Origin: Armatimonadota bacterium
GTDB lineage: Bacteria > Armatimonadota > UBA5829 > DTLH01
Direction of reading: 5' to 3'
Assembly: GCA_029551395.1 (NCBI GenBank)
Contig: JAKPFN010000079.1
Coordinates: forward strand, 9,278-73,277
DNA length: 64,000 bases
Part shown: one piece after another, positions 9,115-19,092 of the stretch
How positions within the stretch are numbered: position 1 is the first letter of the stretch
Layout of the letters: each line of letters begins with the position of its first letter
Position numbers and translations under genes: made by a program
Notes under the pieces: generated by a model
What the model was told of the DNA's origin: nothing
What the model saw: only the letters and a program-made list of their open reading frames with translations
Database searches by the model: none

Positions 9115-10398
9115 TTATTCTTGTTTTGCTGCTTCAGCTTCATTTGTGCTGTTACCGATAGGATATTTAGCCTTCATCGCTTGCACATCCTGTTCGGTTA
9201 CCGGCATCCGCCAGCGTTGGAATACAGGAACCAGGTCCACACCAGTTTCTTCCGAGAGAATTGCAGCTATAAGTTGAATCTTGCCTTCTGGTGTTTCCGG
9301 TTCTTTTAAGCCAAGTTTCTCAAACCGGGCATAAGTTCTATACCAGGCTTTGAATGGTTCCCAACCATAGACTCGAACCAACCTCAGGAAGAAAGAGTGA
9401 ATCTCATCGCTGGACATTGTATCCCATTTTCTGGTTGGATCGCTCAGATACGGGTCTCCAAAGAACAGGAAGAACGAGTCAATAAACTGCTTTGCATCAA
9501 CCAATACGTCTTTGCTGGCAGGTTGATATCCGGCATTTTTGTTCTTTGACCATTTAGCCAGATAATCACGGTCTGGAATAGTCTCATAAGCATAGGTTAG
9601 TTTCCAATTAGCTTGCCATTCACAGCTTGGCCCATCCCACATATACCACTTGCCGTAAACATCGTCGAAGTCATGTCCCACCTCATGAATCCAACCAAAT
9701 GGCAATACACCGTTATCAACTTCTTTGAGTGTGTTCTCCATATGCTTGGTATTCATAATAATTGGATTGCCAGCGTATGCATACCAAGGATGTGCAGGGG
9801 CTTCCTTGATTGTAATGAAGGCACCGTTATAAGGAGAGTATCCGGTAAGCTCATGCATAGCCTCATAACAATGATCAAGGCACTGAACGAGCCTGTCCTG
9901 CTCTTTGAATACTGCAAGACGAGACTGCATGATTTCCAGTCCTATGTATTTTCCCTTGAGCAGCTTGGTGGGTTCCGGGAGTGTAGCTTCAGGAACTTCG
10001 ACACGGTAAGGGAGTTCGACCGTCTTGCCGTCAATGACTGCCGTGAAAGATCCAACGATAAACGGATTGCCAGGTTTAGCTTTTTTTACAATATCTGGTG
10101 GCAGGTAGCCAACTTCATCTTTGGTCACTTCATCATTTGAAGGAACAGTAAGGTCAAGGTCTCCACCCCAGGAATCTCCGACTGTTTTTCCATTTGCTTC
10201 CCAGCAAGCGGTCCATTTGGTTAGCTTGACATCGGACTTACCAGTGTTCTTGATTATAAATTTATAGCCACCCCATCCATCGGCCATCCAGCCTTCCGTA
10301 GGGCTGCATGTGGCTGTAATTGTCACCTGTGCTGATAAAGCCGTGCAAATAGCTAAAGTCAAAATGACACAGGCAATGAAACGTAATTGATGGAACAT
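9115..10398 (-). CDS. Secreted protein with an HExxH zinc-metallopeptidase-like motif
   Basis: Sec signal peptide. GWIHEVGHDFDD motif with a downstream Glu. Confidence 0.45.
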   Translation of the reverse strand: MFHQLRFIACVILTLAICTALSAQVTITATCSPTEGWMADGWGGYKFIIKNTGKSDVKLTKWTACWEANGKTVGDSWGGDLDLTVPSNDEVTKDEVGYLPPDIVKKAKPGNPFIVGSFTAVIDGKTVELPYRVEVPEATLPEPTKLLKGKYIGLEIMQSRLAVFKEQDRLVQCLDHCYEAMHELTGYSPYNGAFITIKEAPAHPWYAYAGNPIIMNTKHMENTLKEVDNGVLPFGWIHEVGHDFDDVYGKWYMWDGPSCEWQANWKLTYAYETIPDRDYLAKWSKNKNAGYQPASKDVLVDAKQFIDSFFLFFGDPYLSDPTRKWDTMSSDEIHSFFLRLVRVYGWEPFKAWYRTYARFEKLGLKEPETPEGKIQLIAAILSEETGVDLVPVFQRWRMPVTEQDVQAMKAKYPIGNSTNEAEAAKQE

Positions 10399-10536
10399 TA
10401 CTTACATTTCTCCTCTCTTTAGTATGAAATAATTGTCATAACAAGATTATCTCAATTATATTGCTACCTTACTTCTTATCCACTAGCTTTTATCCTACCT
10501 TCATTTTGAAAGAAAGTTAATGTCTCAGCTATAAAC

Positions 10537-11730
10537 TTACTCAAGAGGTTCCAGCATTATTGGCGGTTGAACATCATCTGGCTCTGGGAGCGCGGCTGTA
10601 GATGTCGATGTAGTTACCTGAATACTGGTCAACCCATTGCTTGCTTTGCTCAGATGAAGCGCCATCACATCACGGGAATTGTTCAGCATCGTTATTGCCC
10701 TTGCAAACCTGCCATCAAGTTCATCTCTCACAGATTTTATTGATGCCTGCACATTCTCCAGATACGCATCCAGCCGATGCAGGTCTATGGTTTGGGTCGA
10801 TCTCAGCACAGTCTGAAATACCAGCAGCAGATAAGGGACTAACATGCTGTAACTGACTAGAACGACATTATTTTCAAAGACTTCAGCCTGGATGCCGCAG
10901 CACAGGTCGTAAATAGCGTCAGGAACGGTTGCAATCGCGAAATTGACAGTTATATTCGGGTCTATGTATTTGCGGACCTCTTTTGTGCGGTTGAGTACGG
11001 CAGATTCTATCTGGCTTTTAAGTTTTTGCTGCTCAGATGGATCAGTAGCTGAAACAAATTGCTCCAGCAGGTGAGTTGCAGCCCATTTGCTATCGATAGG
11101 TAAAATCAGATTATTAGGCAGACGCAGGCCGAATTCGACTGCTTTATCACCAACTCGCATATCACGAACCTGCCATTCTGCGGGTAGTTTTGCAAATACA
11201 ACCTCGACAATGTTTTCGCCGGCGGCTCCTTTGGTCTGCGTGCCTGCTATTATGGCTTCCAGTCTTTTGATTGATTCAGCAGTCTGTTGCTCAAGAGCTT
11301 GACGGGCTTGAGTATGAGCCTGGATTTCTGATAAATCATTTTTAGCGCGGGAGAGTTCTTCTCTTATTGCAGCAGTAGCATCGACAATCGCTTTGGTAAT
11401 GCTGCCAGTTTCTGCCAGACCGGTTCCAAGAGCAGTGATTCCTTGAGAAGTTTGGTTTTGCCTTTGTTCTACTGTAGAAATCCGTTCAGTGAGGCCTCTT
11501 AATTCAATCTGAACATTGTTTACAGCCTGTCCGACCGGCTCAAGTTGGGCTATCTTTTCTGTAAGCACTGCAGTCTGAGACTGGCTTTGCTGGATAGTCT
11601 GTGTTAACTGCTGAAGGGATAAGGATACATCAGTCGTAGTTTGAGGTTTACGCTGCACGACAACTGCCAACGCAATTAGAAGAGACACAACTGCAACTGT
11701 CAGGATACCGATTACTAGCCATTCCATCAT
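10537..11730 (-). CDS. rmuC: RmuC-family (DNA recombination) protein
   Basis: N-terminal TM helix, long Q-rich coiled coil, and a C-terminal segment resembling the RmuC core (VNFAIATVPDAIYDL...NNVVLVSYSMLVPYLLLV). Confidence 0.55.
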   Translation of the reverse strand: MMEWLVIGILTVAVVSLLIALAVVVQRKPQTTTDVSLSLQQLTQTIQQSQSQTAVLTEKIAQLEPVGQAVNNVQIELRGLTERISTVEQRQNQTSQGITALGTGLAETGSITKAIVDATAAIREELSRAKNDLSEIQAHTQARQALEQQTAESIKRLEAIIAGTQTKGAAGENIVEVVFAKLPAEWQVRDMRVGDKAVEFGLRLPNNLILPIDSKWAATHLLEQFVSATDPSEQQKLKSQIESAVLNRTKEVRKYIDPNITVNFAIATVPDAIYDLCCGIQAEVFENNVVLVSYSMLVPYLLLVFQTVLRSTQTIDLHRLDAYLENVQASIKSVRDELDGRFARAITMLNNSRDVMALHLSKASNGLTSIQVTTSTSTAALPEPDDVQPPIMLEPLE

Positions 11731-11811
11731 TAGTTGTCTGCCATGTGCGTCTTATCACATGAAATCAAGAAGTTTCAACGGTTATTTTCTACGATTGATT
11801 GCCAAATCCCT

Positions 11812-12474
11812 TTATGGCTTATACTTTTCAGTCAAAAACTCGCTGCCATGCCCTGGAATGATGAAGTCAGCTATTTCCAAAATCATCTTGCGGTTGGCTT
11901 CCTGTTCTTCTGGAAATTCGCTCATGTTCTTCCAGATATCTTCCTGTTCAAGGTCAGATTCACACTCGAACAGGTCGCCGACAATTGCAACAGTGCCTCG
12001 GTTTGAACGAACAATTACGCTGACATCCTGTTTTGTATGCCCCGGAGTAGCAATAACCTCTACATCGTTATCGATAAAGTACGGTTCTCTATTGAAATCG
12101 TGCAATGTGTAGCAATCTCCCTGGGAGATATCGTGAGAAACGATGAATATTGCTTCAGGAAACAGGTTATTGTTGCCAATGTGGTCAGAATGTCCATGTG
12201 TGCAGACAACATACATGATGTCATCAGGTGTTAGTCCTTCTCCAGCAAGAACATCGAGTAATGCCAGCTTATCACAAGGGCCTCCTGTGTCCACGATAAT
12301 ATTAATATTGCCGTAAACCAGTGTGATTGTGCCGCTTGCCCGTAGTTTATCAGGTTTTATCCACTGAGAATACCCCGGTTTCAGCACTTTGACCTTATAT
12401 TGCCTCATATGTTTAGCTCCGAAAGCAAGTATAACATCATCTTCCTGTTGATGAGTAGTGTTTCTGGTGATCAA
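11812..12474 (-). CDS. MBL-fold metallo-hydrolase
   Basis: VVCTHGHSDHIGNNNLF (HxHxDH motif). Confidence 0.8.
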   Translation of the reverse strand: MITRNTTHQQEDDVILAFGAKHMRQYKVKVLKPGYSQWIKPDKLRASGTITLVYGNINIIVDTGGPCDKLALLDVLAGEGLTPDDIMYVVCTHGHSDHIGNNNLFPEAIFIVSHDISQGDCYTLHDFNREPYFIDNDVEVIATPGHTKQDVSVIVRSNRGTVAIVGDLFECESDLEQEDIWKNMSEFPEEQEANRKMILEIADFIIPGHGSEFLTEKYKP

Positions 12475-12675
12475 CTCTTGTTAAAAAAGCTGACTTGAAG
12501 GATTATGATTAGCTTGACACTGAGGTTGAATCACGAGTAGAATCGTGTTAGCAGCCGAGATGACAACACTGCTTGTTCATACACGAAATGTGTATGCAGT
12601 AGAATAGCGGTTGTGAAGGTGGGAGGCTGGTTTCTAAAGAAGAAACCTAACCTGCCGAGGAGGTATAGGCTTATC

Positions 12676-13572
12676 ATGCGGAAATTGTACGCAGTAGTTG
12701 TAATTCTGACAGTGGTCTTCGCCATTGGTGCATCTGCAGCGGATGTTGCACTCTTTAGAGGTGAAACAACACGCAATGCCGGTCTGGTGGTCGGCGGATG
12801 GGGAAGCGGTACAGCCGTAGAGGCTAAAGACCGCGTCTACTCAGGTACGGTTTCAATCAAAGTCACCACACAAGGTCTGCACGAAGGCGGCCGGATAGAT
12901 TTCAGGAATCCCATAAATCTCCTTGACCAGCAAATAGACGACACTTGCTACCTACAGTTGGTTCTTGGCTTTACCGCTACGGACAGGCTGAGTGTTGGTG
13001 GAGCGGCTGGCGGATATGGTATACCTGGTAGTTACTACTCAGGCGGTCAGGAAATCGTGATTCCTGCAAGACCGTTGGTAAAACAGATCAGATTAGTTCT
13101 GGAATCTGAAGAAGGTAAAAGTGTAGAGGTTACTGCACCAGTGCCGACACATGAAGATGATGGCTGGTATAGGATTGCCATTCCATTAAGGGCGTTCGGC
13201 TTCAAGGCAGAAGATAAGAGCTTCCGAGTATCCAGACTCCTGATTTTCTCTGATATCCCTGATACTATCTTCGTCGGACAGATTGAAACAATTCGAGATA
13301 ACACACCGATAACTGCAAATGCTGGCGATGATCTGGTTGAGTGGATTAATGAAACACTCACATTTAAAGCAGAAGCTGAAGGCGGAGTCAGTGTACTGAA
13401 CTACTCCTGGAATTTTGGCGACAAAGATTCTGAAGGTGAGGATGCCGCAGGGGAAATCGTAACCCACAGGTTTACCAAAGGCGGCGATTTTAAAGTCAAG
13501 CTGGTAGTTAGCGATTATTGGGGGATTAAGAAACCTGCCACGCATATTATTAACGTTACTATCAACGACTAG
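12676..13572 (+). CDS. Secreted protein with a C-terminal PKD domain
   Basis: Signal peptide MRKLYAVVVILTVVFAIGASAA with an AGGAGG RBS. The ORF track starts at 12613. The PKD-like domain reads WNFGDKDSEGEDAAGEIVTHRFTKGGDFKVKLVVSDYWG. Confidence 0.65.
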   Translation: MRKLYAVVVILTVVFAIGASAADVALFRGETTRNAGLVVGGWGSGTAVEAKDRVYSGTVSIKVTTQGLHEGGRIDFRNPINLLDQQIDDTCYLQLVLGFTATDRLSVGGAAGGYGIPGSYYSGGQEIVIPARPLVKQIRLVLESEEGKSVEVTAPVPTHEDDGWYRIAIPLRAFGFKAEDKSFRVSRLLIFSDIPDTIFVGQIETIRDNTPITANAGDDLVEWINETLTFKAEAEGGVSVLNYSWNFGDKDSEGEDAAGEIVTHRFTKGGDFKVKLVVSDYWGIKKPATHIINVTIND

Positions 13573-13605
13573 AATAAATATCTGGATTAACGTGAGGACC
13601 AGCAA

Positions 13606-14481
13606 GTGATATCCGGGTTAGTGCGCTCTATGCGCCCAAAACAGTGGACGAAGAACCTGCTGGTCTTCGCTGGATATTTATTTACGATAGAGCAGAAGCA
13701 CTCTATTGATGATTTTTTGCAGGTGCTTTTTGCTTTCCTGTTGTTCTGTACAGCTGCTGGAGCCGTCTACATCTTTAATGATGCCGCTGATGTAAAACGT
13801 GACAGGCATCATCCCACAAAATGTAAGCGACCTATTGCATCCGGACAGGTTTCGATTACTGCTGCGGTAATTTTCGCGTTCTTCCTGATCGTTGGGTCAG
13901 TTTTAAGCGCTTTTCGGCTGGATACTGGTTTCGGTTACATACTCAGTGCCTACCTGATACTTACCAGCGCCTATTCTGCTAAACTCAAGCATGTAGTGAT
14001 TGTAGACCTGCTGGTGCTGGCTGCAGGATTCATTATTCGTGCTGCTGCGGGCGCTGTAGTGCTGCACGTTGCGATTTCTCCTTGGTTGCTGCTTTGCACG
14101 ACCCTTCTTGCACTCTTCCTGGGGCTGGCGAAACGTAGACATGAGCTTGTGATCCTCGAAGGTGATGCTGTGAACCATCGTAAGATTTTGGATGAGTATT
14201 CCGTTGCATTTCTTGACCAGATGATTAATATCACATCGGCTGCGGCATTGATGGCATATTCGCTTTATACATTTTCTGCGTTTTCTGAGACCGCGAAGTC
14301 TCATCCATATATGATGGTCACGATACCATTTGTAATCTATGGGATTTTTAGATACCTCTATCTAATCCACACGAAGAATGTTGGTGGGCACCCTGAGCAG
14401 GTTCTTCTGGATGACAAACCACTGCTTTTGAACATTATCCTATGGGCTGGCGTTGTAGCGCTCATACTGAAATTGAGTTAG
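13606..14481 (+). CDS. UbiA-family prenyltransferase, decaprenyl-phosphate phosphoribosyltransferase (DPPR synthase)-like
   Basis: WTKNLLVFAGYLF and NDAADVKRDRHHPTKCKRPIASG, as in Rv3806c-type enzymes. Polytopic. GTG start. Confidence 0.75.
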   Translation: MISGLVRSMRPKQWTKNLLVFAGYLFTIEQKHSIDDFLQVLFAFLLFCTAAGAVYIFNDAADVKRDRHHPTKCKRPIASGQVSITAAVIFAFFLIVGSVLSAFRLDTGFGYILSAYLILTSAYSAKLKHVVIVDLLVLAAGFIIRAAAGAVVLHVAISPWLLLCTTLLALFLGLAKRRHELVILEGDAVNHRKILDEYSVAFLDQMINITSAAALMAYSLYTFSAFSETAKSHPYMMVTIPFVIYGIFRYLYLIHTKNVGGHPEQVLLDDKPLLLNIILWAGVVALILKLS

Positions 14482-14484
14482 ACA

Positions 14485-15309
14485 TTGTTGACGGCACAAT
14501 CGCTGGCGAGCGGCAGCTCAGGCAATTCGATACTGGTCAGGAATGAACGTGATTCGGTGCTGATAGATGCCGGAATCGGCATCAAGAAGCTCACTTCAGG
14601 ACTTTTGCAAGCCGGAGTCAATCCAACAGATCTCTCAGCAATCCTGATTACGCATGAGCATGGTGATCATATCACCGGGGCTGTAAGGATGGCTCGGCGT
14701 TATCGTGTGTTGCTGGTATCTAATGCGCCGACACTTGCAAATATCTCAGGTGCAGGCAGCGTACCTCATAAAATACTTGAACCTGGAGAGGAAATGGTGG
14801 TTGGAAGTCTCTCAATCAGACCATTTCCAGTGTCTCATGATGCTACATGTCCGGTTGGCTATACGATTAAGTGTTCATCAGGTGCAACAATTGTCAGCGC
14901 AACTGATACTGGTAAGCTAACTCCTCAGATACGCAACGAAGCTGAAACTGCGGATTTACTTATTATCGAATCTAATCACGATGTGGGTATGGTGGTATCC
15001 GGGCCGTATCCGTGGCACTTGAAGCGAAGGATTCTCGGAGATTGGGGTCATCTTTCCAACGATACAACTGCCAGGCTGCTGCTTGATTTGGCTGAGTCAG
15101 GCCGAAAAAGAACTGTGTGGCTTGCTCATTTAAGTAAAACCAATAATACACCTCGTCTAGCAATGTCTACTGCACAAAAAACGCTTTCCCAGCACATTGG
15201 CAGCACTATTACCCTGGGAGTTGCACTTAGAGATATTCCAAGCCTAAATTGGCAACAGGGACATACATTGTTTCAATTAAGTCTATTTTCTCCAGCCGTG
15301 CCTGATTGA
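14485..15309 (+). CDS. MBL-fold metallo-hydrolase
   Basis: ILITHEHGDHITG motif. TTG start 3 nt after the preceding stop. Confidence 0.75.
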   Translation: MLTAQSLASGSSGNSILVRNERDSVLIDAGIGIKKLTSGLLQAGVNPTDLSAILITHEHGDHITGAVRMARRYRVLLVSNAPTLANISGAGSVPHKILEPGEEMVVGSLSIRPFPVSHDATCPVGYTIKCSSGATIVSATDTGKLTPQIRNEAETADLLIIESNHDVGMVVSGPYPWHLKRRILGDWGHLSNDTTARLLLDLAESGRKRTVWLAHLSKTNNTPRLAMSTAQKTLSQHIGSTITLGVALRDIPSLNWQQGHTLFQLSLFSPAVPD

Positions 15310-15363
15310 CATGTCGCAGGCTGCTATGATAACCTCAAATAGGAGGCTAAAGCCGAGCTAGTT

Positions 15364-16146
15364 ATGGATCATGCGAATACACAAATATTAATTGCAACAT
15401 TTGCGGTCATAGCGATAATCCTCTATAAGATTTTTTCCGCAAGAGCTGGGAAGAACATCTATATACGCAGGATTGCTGGCCTTAATGAGATCGATGAAGC
15501 TGTTGGACGAGCCACTGAGATGGGGCAGCCTATGCTTTTCCATCCAGGAATGCTGGACTTTACCCAGATTGGCACACTTGCAGCTCTCGGTGTGTTGGGA
15601 CATGTAGCCAAGATGGGTGCTAAGATGGGAAACAGGCTGATCTTCGTCACCCAGATTCCGGCGCTTGTTCCTGTTGCAGAGGATATTATCCGTCAAGCTT
15701 ATGTGTCAGAAGGGCGGCCTGAATTATTCAATTCAGAAGATGTCAGATTCCCTGCGGCTGCGAGCGACCAGCTTGCACTGGCTTCAATTGACATCATGCA
15801 CCGTGAAAAAACTGCATCTCATTTCTTCTTCGGAGGTTATGACTATACCTCGCTGTTATTGACTGAGCCTGGCCAGCATACTGGAGCTATTCAGATTGCA
15901 GGTACTGATGCTTATTTCCAGGTGCCTTTCTTCATTGCTAGTTGTGACTATACAGTTATTTGTGAAGAACTGTATGCCGCAAGTGCCTACCTGACCAGAG
16001 AACCGACAATGCTTGGAAGTCTTATAGGTCAGGATTACGGGAAAATCGTCGTATTGATTATCATTATACTTGGTACGCTGGCTATCACTATTGGGCCAGA
16101 TACACTAAGTTACTTTGACCTGTTCATTGGTGGACCTTATAAATAA
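15364..16146 (+). CDS. Hypothetical membrane protein (first gene of a 4-gene operon)
   Basis: N- and C-terminal TM segments. No recognisable domain. Confidence 0.5.
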   Translation: MDHANTQILIATFAVIAIILYKIFSARAGKNIYIRRIAGLNEIDEAVGRATEMGQPMLFHPGMLDFTQIGTLAALGVLGHVAKMGAKMGNRLIFVTQIPALVPVAEDIIRQAYVSEGRPELFNSEDVRFPAAASDQLALASIDIMHREKTASHFFFGGYDYTSLLLTEPGQHTGAIQIAGTDAYFQVPFFIASCDYTVICEELYAASAYLTREPTMLGSLIGQDYGKIVVLIIIILGTLAITIGPDTLSYFDLFIGGPYK

Positions 16147-16149
16147 ACT

Positions 16150-17223
16150 ATGTGGAAGAAACAACTAATCGTAATTGTCACGTTCCTTTCTGGTCTGTAT
16201 TTCTTCTTGGAATTTGCAGTTCCTCCTACAATACCTTGGAAAACTACCAGTGGAGTTGTCGTATCCAAACCTGGTGACAAGCAGTTACAAATTAACCGGG
16301 TCAGAAAAACTGCAAGTGCTACCATCACGGAACAAACTATTGTTAAACGTGTGCCGTCGGGCGGCGGAACACCTGAACCAGTACCATCCGACGCGGTAAA
16401 ACCAGGAGACAGGGTAGTCATAACTACTGAAACAGGACGAGAGATTTCAGGAATTGTTATGCCCAGGTCTTCCCCTCGCAGGATATTTGTAGGTACTCTC
16501 ACACCCAACAGTGAGCAGGTAAGTATAGATGCTAATATGCTTATACGACGCTTGCGCTCAGGCGGTTCTGCTGAAGAAGTAAAACTGGATGCTTTAGAAA
16601 TACCTCAGAATACGAGCGGTTCTCTTGATTGGATCAATGTCGGACCTACCACTTATCTGTCGAGTTATTTGACCAAGGTAACAGACTTTTTCATCGTTCT
16701 TGGCGCTATGGCTTGGGGTATGGGATTGCTCAGTCTTTGGCTGGTACATTCTTCCAATATCCGCAAGAGACGGCCAGAATGGTATACCAGTGTCTTTTTC
16801 TTCATAGCTGTAGGCTTTGGAATTATTGCAGGATTGGGTTTTGGTAGAACAAGTCCCGGTGTTAAGTATACATGGGACTGGTGGACGTATCAGATTAATG
16901 ATGTTGTTTTCTGGCAGATGATCCGTCCAATGGGTTCTACAATATTCTCATTACTGACATTCTACCTGGCATCGGCTGCATACAGGTCATTCAAAGCCAA
17001 GTCAAGAGAAGCAATTCTCATGATGTTATCTGCTCTCATTGTTATGCTGGGACAGATATCTCTGCATATGTGGATTACCTCTGCAAGTACATGGTTGCTT
17101 TATATTGTAAATACAGCAGCTATTAGAGGTATGATGTTCGGTATGATGCTTGGCGGAATTGCCGTTGGACTTAGAATGTGGCTCTCGCTTGAACGAGGCG
17201 CTTTCTTCGATAGGGAGTTATAG
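16150..17223 (+). CDS. Hypothetical polytopic membrane protein
   Basis: N-terminal TM, ~150-aa exported domain, then 5-6 TM helices. Starts 3 nt after the upstream stop. Confidence 0.5.
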   Translation: MWKKQLIVIVTFLSGLYFFLEFAVPPTIPWKTTSGVVVSKPGDKQLQINRVRKTASATITEQTIVKRVPSGGGTPEPVPSDAVKPGDRVVITTETGREISGIVMPRSSPRRIFVGTLTPNSEQVSIDANMLIRRLRSGGSAEEVKLDALEIPQNTSGSLDWINVGPTTYLSSYLTKVTDFFIVLGAMAWGMGLLSLWLVHSSNIRKRRPEWYTSVFFFIAVGFGIIAGLGFGRTSPGVKYTWDWWTYQINDVVFWQMIRPMGSTIFSLLTFYLASAAYRSFKAKSREAILMMLSALIVMLGQISLHMWITSASTWLLYIVNTAAIRGMMFGMMLGGIAVGLRMWLSLERGAFFDREL

Positions 17224-18141
17224 ATGCGGGATCTTCTCATCAAACTTCAGACTGTTGACCGGCGATGGGTATATCTGGCAATTGCCGTTGCTTGTGCGAT
17301 TCCTTTTATTGCAGAAGCAATTGGCAAACCGATTAACCTTTCAGTGTATCCATCCAGAGAAACACAAGGTGTTTTTGACACAATAAATAACATACCTCGT
17401 GATGCTAACGGTAACCCTACTAAAGTGGTTCTTATCGACAGCACATGGGATGCTGGAAGTATGGGCGAGAACGAGGGGCAAGCAGAGGCGATTATAGATC
17501 ACCTTTTTAGGGAGAGAATTCCCTTTATAGTAACCTGCATCGGCAATGAGAAAGCTCCTCAGTTCGTAAATGGCGTTATTGAGAGATTCACCCAGGACAC
17601 AATAGTAGACGGTAAAGTGGTCAGGAAAGCAAAATATCCTGGACGTGTATATGGAAAGGACTGGGTGAATCTCGGATTTTCCGTGCCATGGGGCTGGCAG
17701 TCGATCCAGCAGATAATGAAAGATATCCATGTTCAGTATAAGGCTGATTACCAGGGTACGCCCCTTGAGGAAATACCGCTGATGCAACGAGTCCGTAATG
17801 CGGACGACATTTACATGATTTTCGCTGTAACTTACTCGCCTTCTGAAGACTGGGTATCGTTTGCTCACGGAATTTACGGAACACCGGTAGCATTTGGCTG
17901 TGCTGGGATACAGTCAACAACAACATACAGGTTCATACCTTCCGGGCAGATGGTGGGAATGCTGGTATCTGTGCGTGGAAGCGCTGAATATGATGCCCTG
18001 TTATATCCGGATGATCGATCTCAAAGAGTGAATAAAGGGACACAGTTGATCGTTCCACTGGCTTTCGGCCATTTGGTTATAATATTTGCAATTATTATGG
18101 GAAATATCGGCTACTTTGCTGCACGCCGGAGGAGGTCATAG
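17224..18141 (+). CDS. Hypothetical bitopic membrane protein with a large central soluble domain
   Basis: TM helices at both ends. Abuts the upstream gene. Confidence 0.5.
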   Translation: MRDLLIKLQTVDRRWVYLAIAVACAIPFIAEAIGKPINLSVYPSRETQGVFDTINNIPRDANGNPTKVVLIDSTWDAGSMGENEGQAEAIIDHLFRERIPFIVTCIGNEKAPQFVNGVIERFTQDTIVDGKVVRKAKYPGRVYGKDWVNLGFSVPWGWQSIQQIMKDIHVQYKADYQGTPLEEIPLMQRVRNADDIYMIFAVTYSPSEDWVSFAHGIYGTPVAFGCAGIQSTTTYRFIPSGQMVGMLVSVRGSAEYDALLYPDDRSQRVNKGTQLIVPLAFGHLVIIFAIIMGNIGYFAARRRRS

Positions 18142-18144
18142 ATT

Positions 18145-19062
18145 ATGTTGTGGCAAATCTGGCTATGTGCTTTGCTTACGCTTGGAATATACACCTTTCT
18201 TTACAGCGATAATAAGCTTTACCGCATGTTGTTGAACATCTTGATTGGTTTGAACGTTGGTTACCAGTTTATGGTTACCTGGAAAAGCGTTCTTAGTCCA
18301 AAGTGGTGGGCTTTATGTTGGAAAGGATTCGATCCCAAGATTGAAGGTTCATGGTTCAGCGGCGTTTTTGAGTGGCTGGGTTATTTCTTCAGTTATATTT
18401 GGAATCATCCTGGCGCGTTTATCTACTGGCTTATACTTGGAGTTCTCGGATCTCTCTGGTACTTCCAGTTGACCAGGAAATACCTGTGGCTTTCTCGTAT
18501 AGTTATCGGAATGTCGGTTGGTATGGGAGCAGGAATTGTATTCAAATCATCATTCCTGCTCAATGCAGCCCAGATAACTGATTCATTCAGGCCATTCATC
18601 GCCACAATGCCAAGTGCTTTATGGTCTAATGGATCTCCAGTAATAGGTACAGGTGGTACATTTAACTTCCTGCAATCTTTGAATAACGTTATATTCGTAG
18701 GCACCATAGTTTGTGTAATGGTCTACTTCTTCTTCTCATTCTCGCATGAGAATAGAGTGATCGTAGGTAGTGCAAAGATGGGACGCTGGTTGTTGATGAT
18801 CAGCTTTGGTGCATTCTTTGGTAACACGGTTATGACTCGTATGGCTGTGTTCCTTGAGAGGCTTCAGTATCTGATCAGAGATTGGGCTATCCAGACGGTT
18901 CCTCAGACTCCGCTGATTGCCTATATCTACGGCGGTGGTGTTCTGCTGTTGATCATCGCAATCTATCTATTGTTCCGCAGACCGCCTGCGAAGCCGCAAA
19001 AACCGGATTATATCGACGAAGAAGGCCCGAAGCCGGAAGTCCCGGTTGGAGAACAAGTCTGA
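18145..19062 (+). CDS. Hypothetical polytopic membrane protein (W/F-rich)
   Basis: About 8 hydrophobic helices. Starts 3 nt after the upstream stop. Confidence 0.5.
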   Translation: MLWQIWLCALLTLGIYTFLYSDNKLYRMLLNILIGLNVGYQFMVTWKSVLSPKWWALCWKGFDPKIEGSWFSGVFEWLGYFFSYIWNHPGAFIYWLILGVLGSLWYFQLTRKYLWLSRIVIGMSVGMGAGIVFKSSFLLNAAQITDSFRPFIATMPSALWSNGSPVIGTGGTFNFLQSLNNVIFVGTIVCVMVYFFFSFSHENRVIVGSAKMGRWLLMISFGAFFGNTVMTRMAVFLERLQYLIRDWAIQTVPQTPLIAYIYGGGVLLLIIAIYLLFRRPPAKPQKPDYIDEEGPKPEVPVGEQV

Positions 19063-19092
19063 ATCTAATTTAGGAAGTACGGTAGTAACAAT

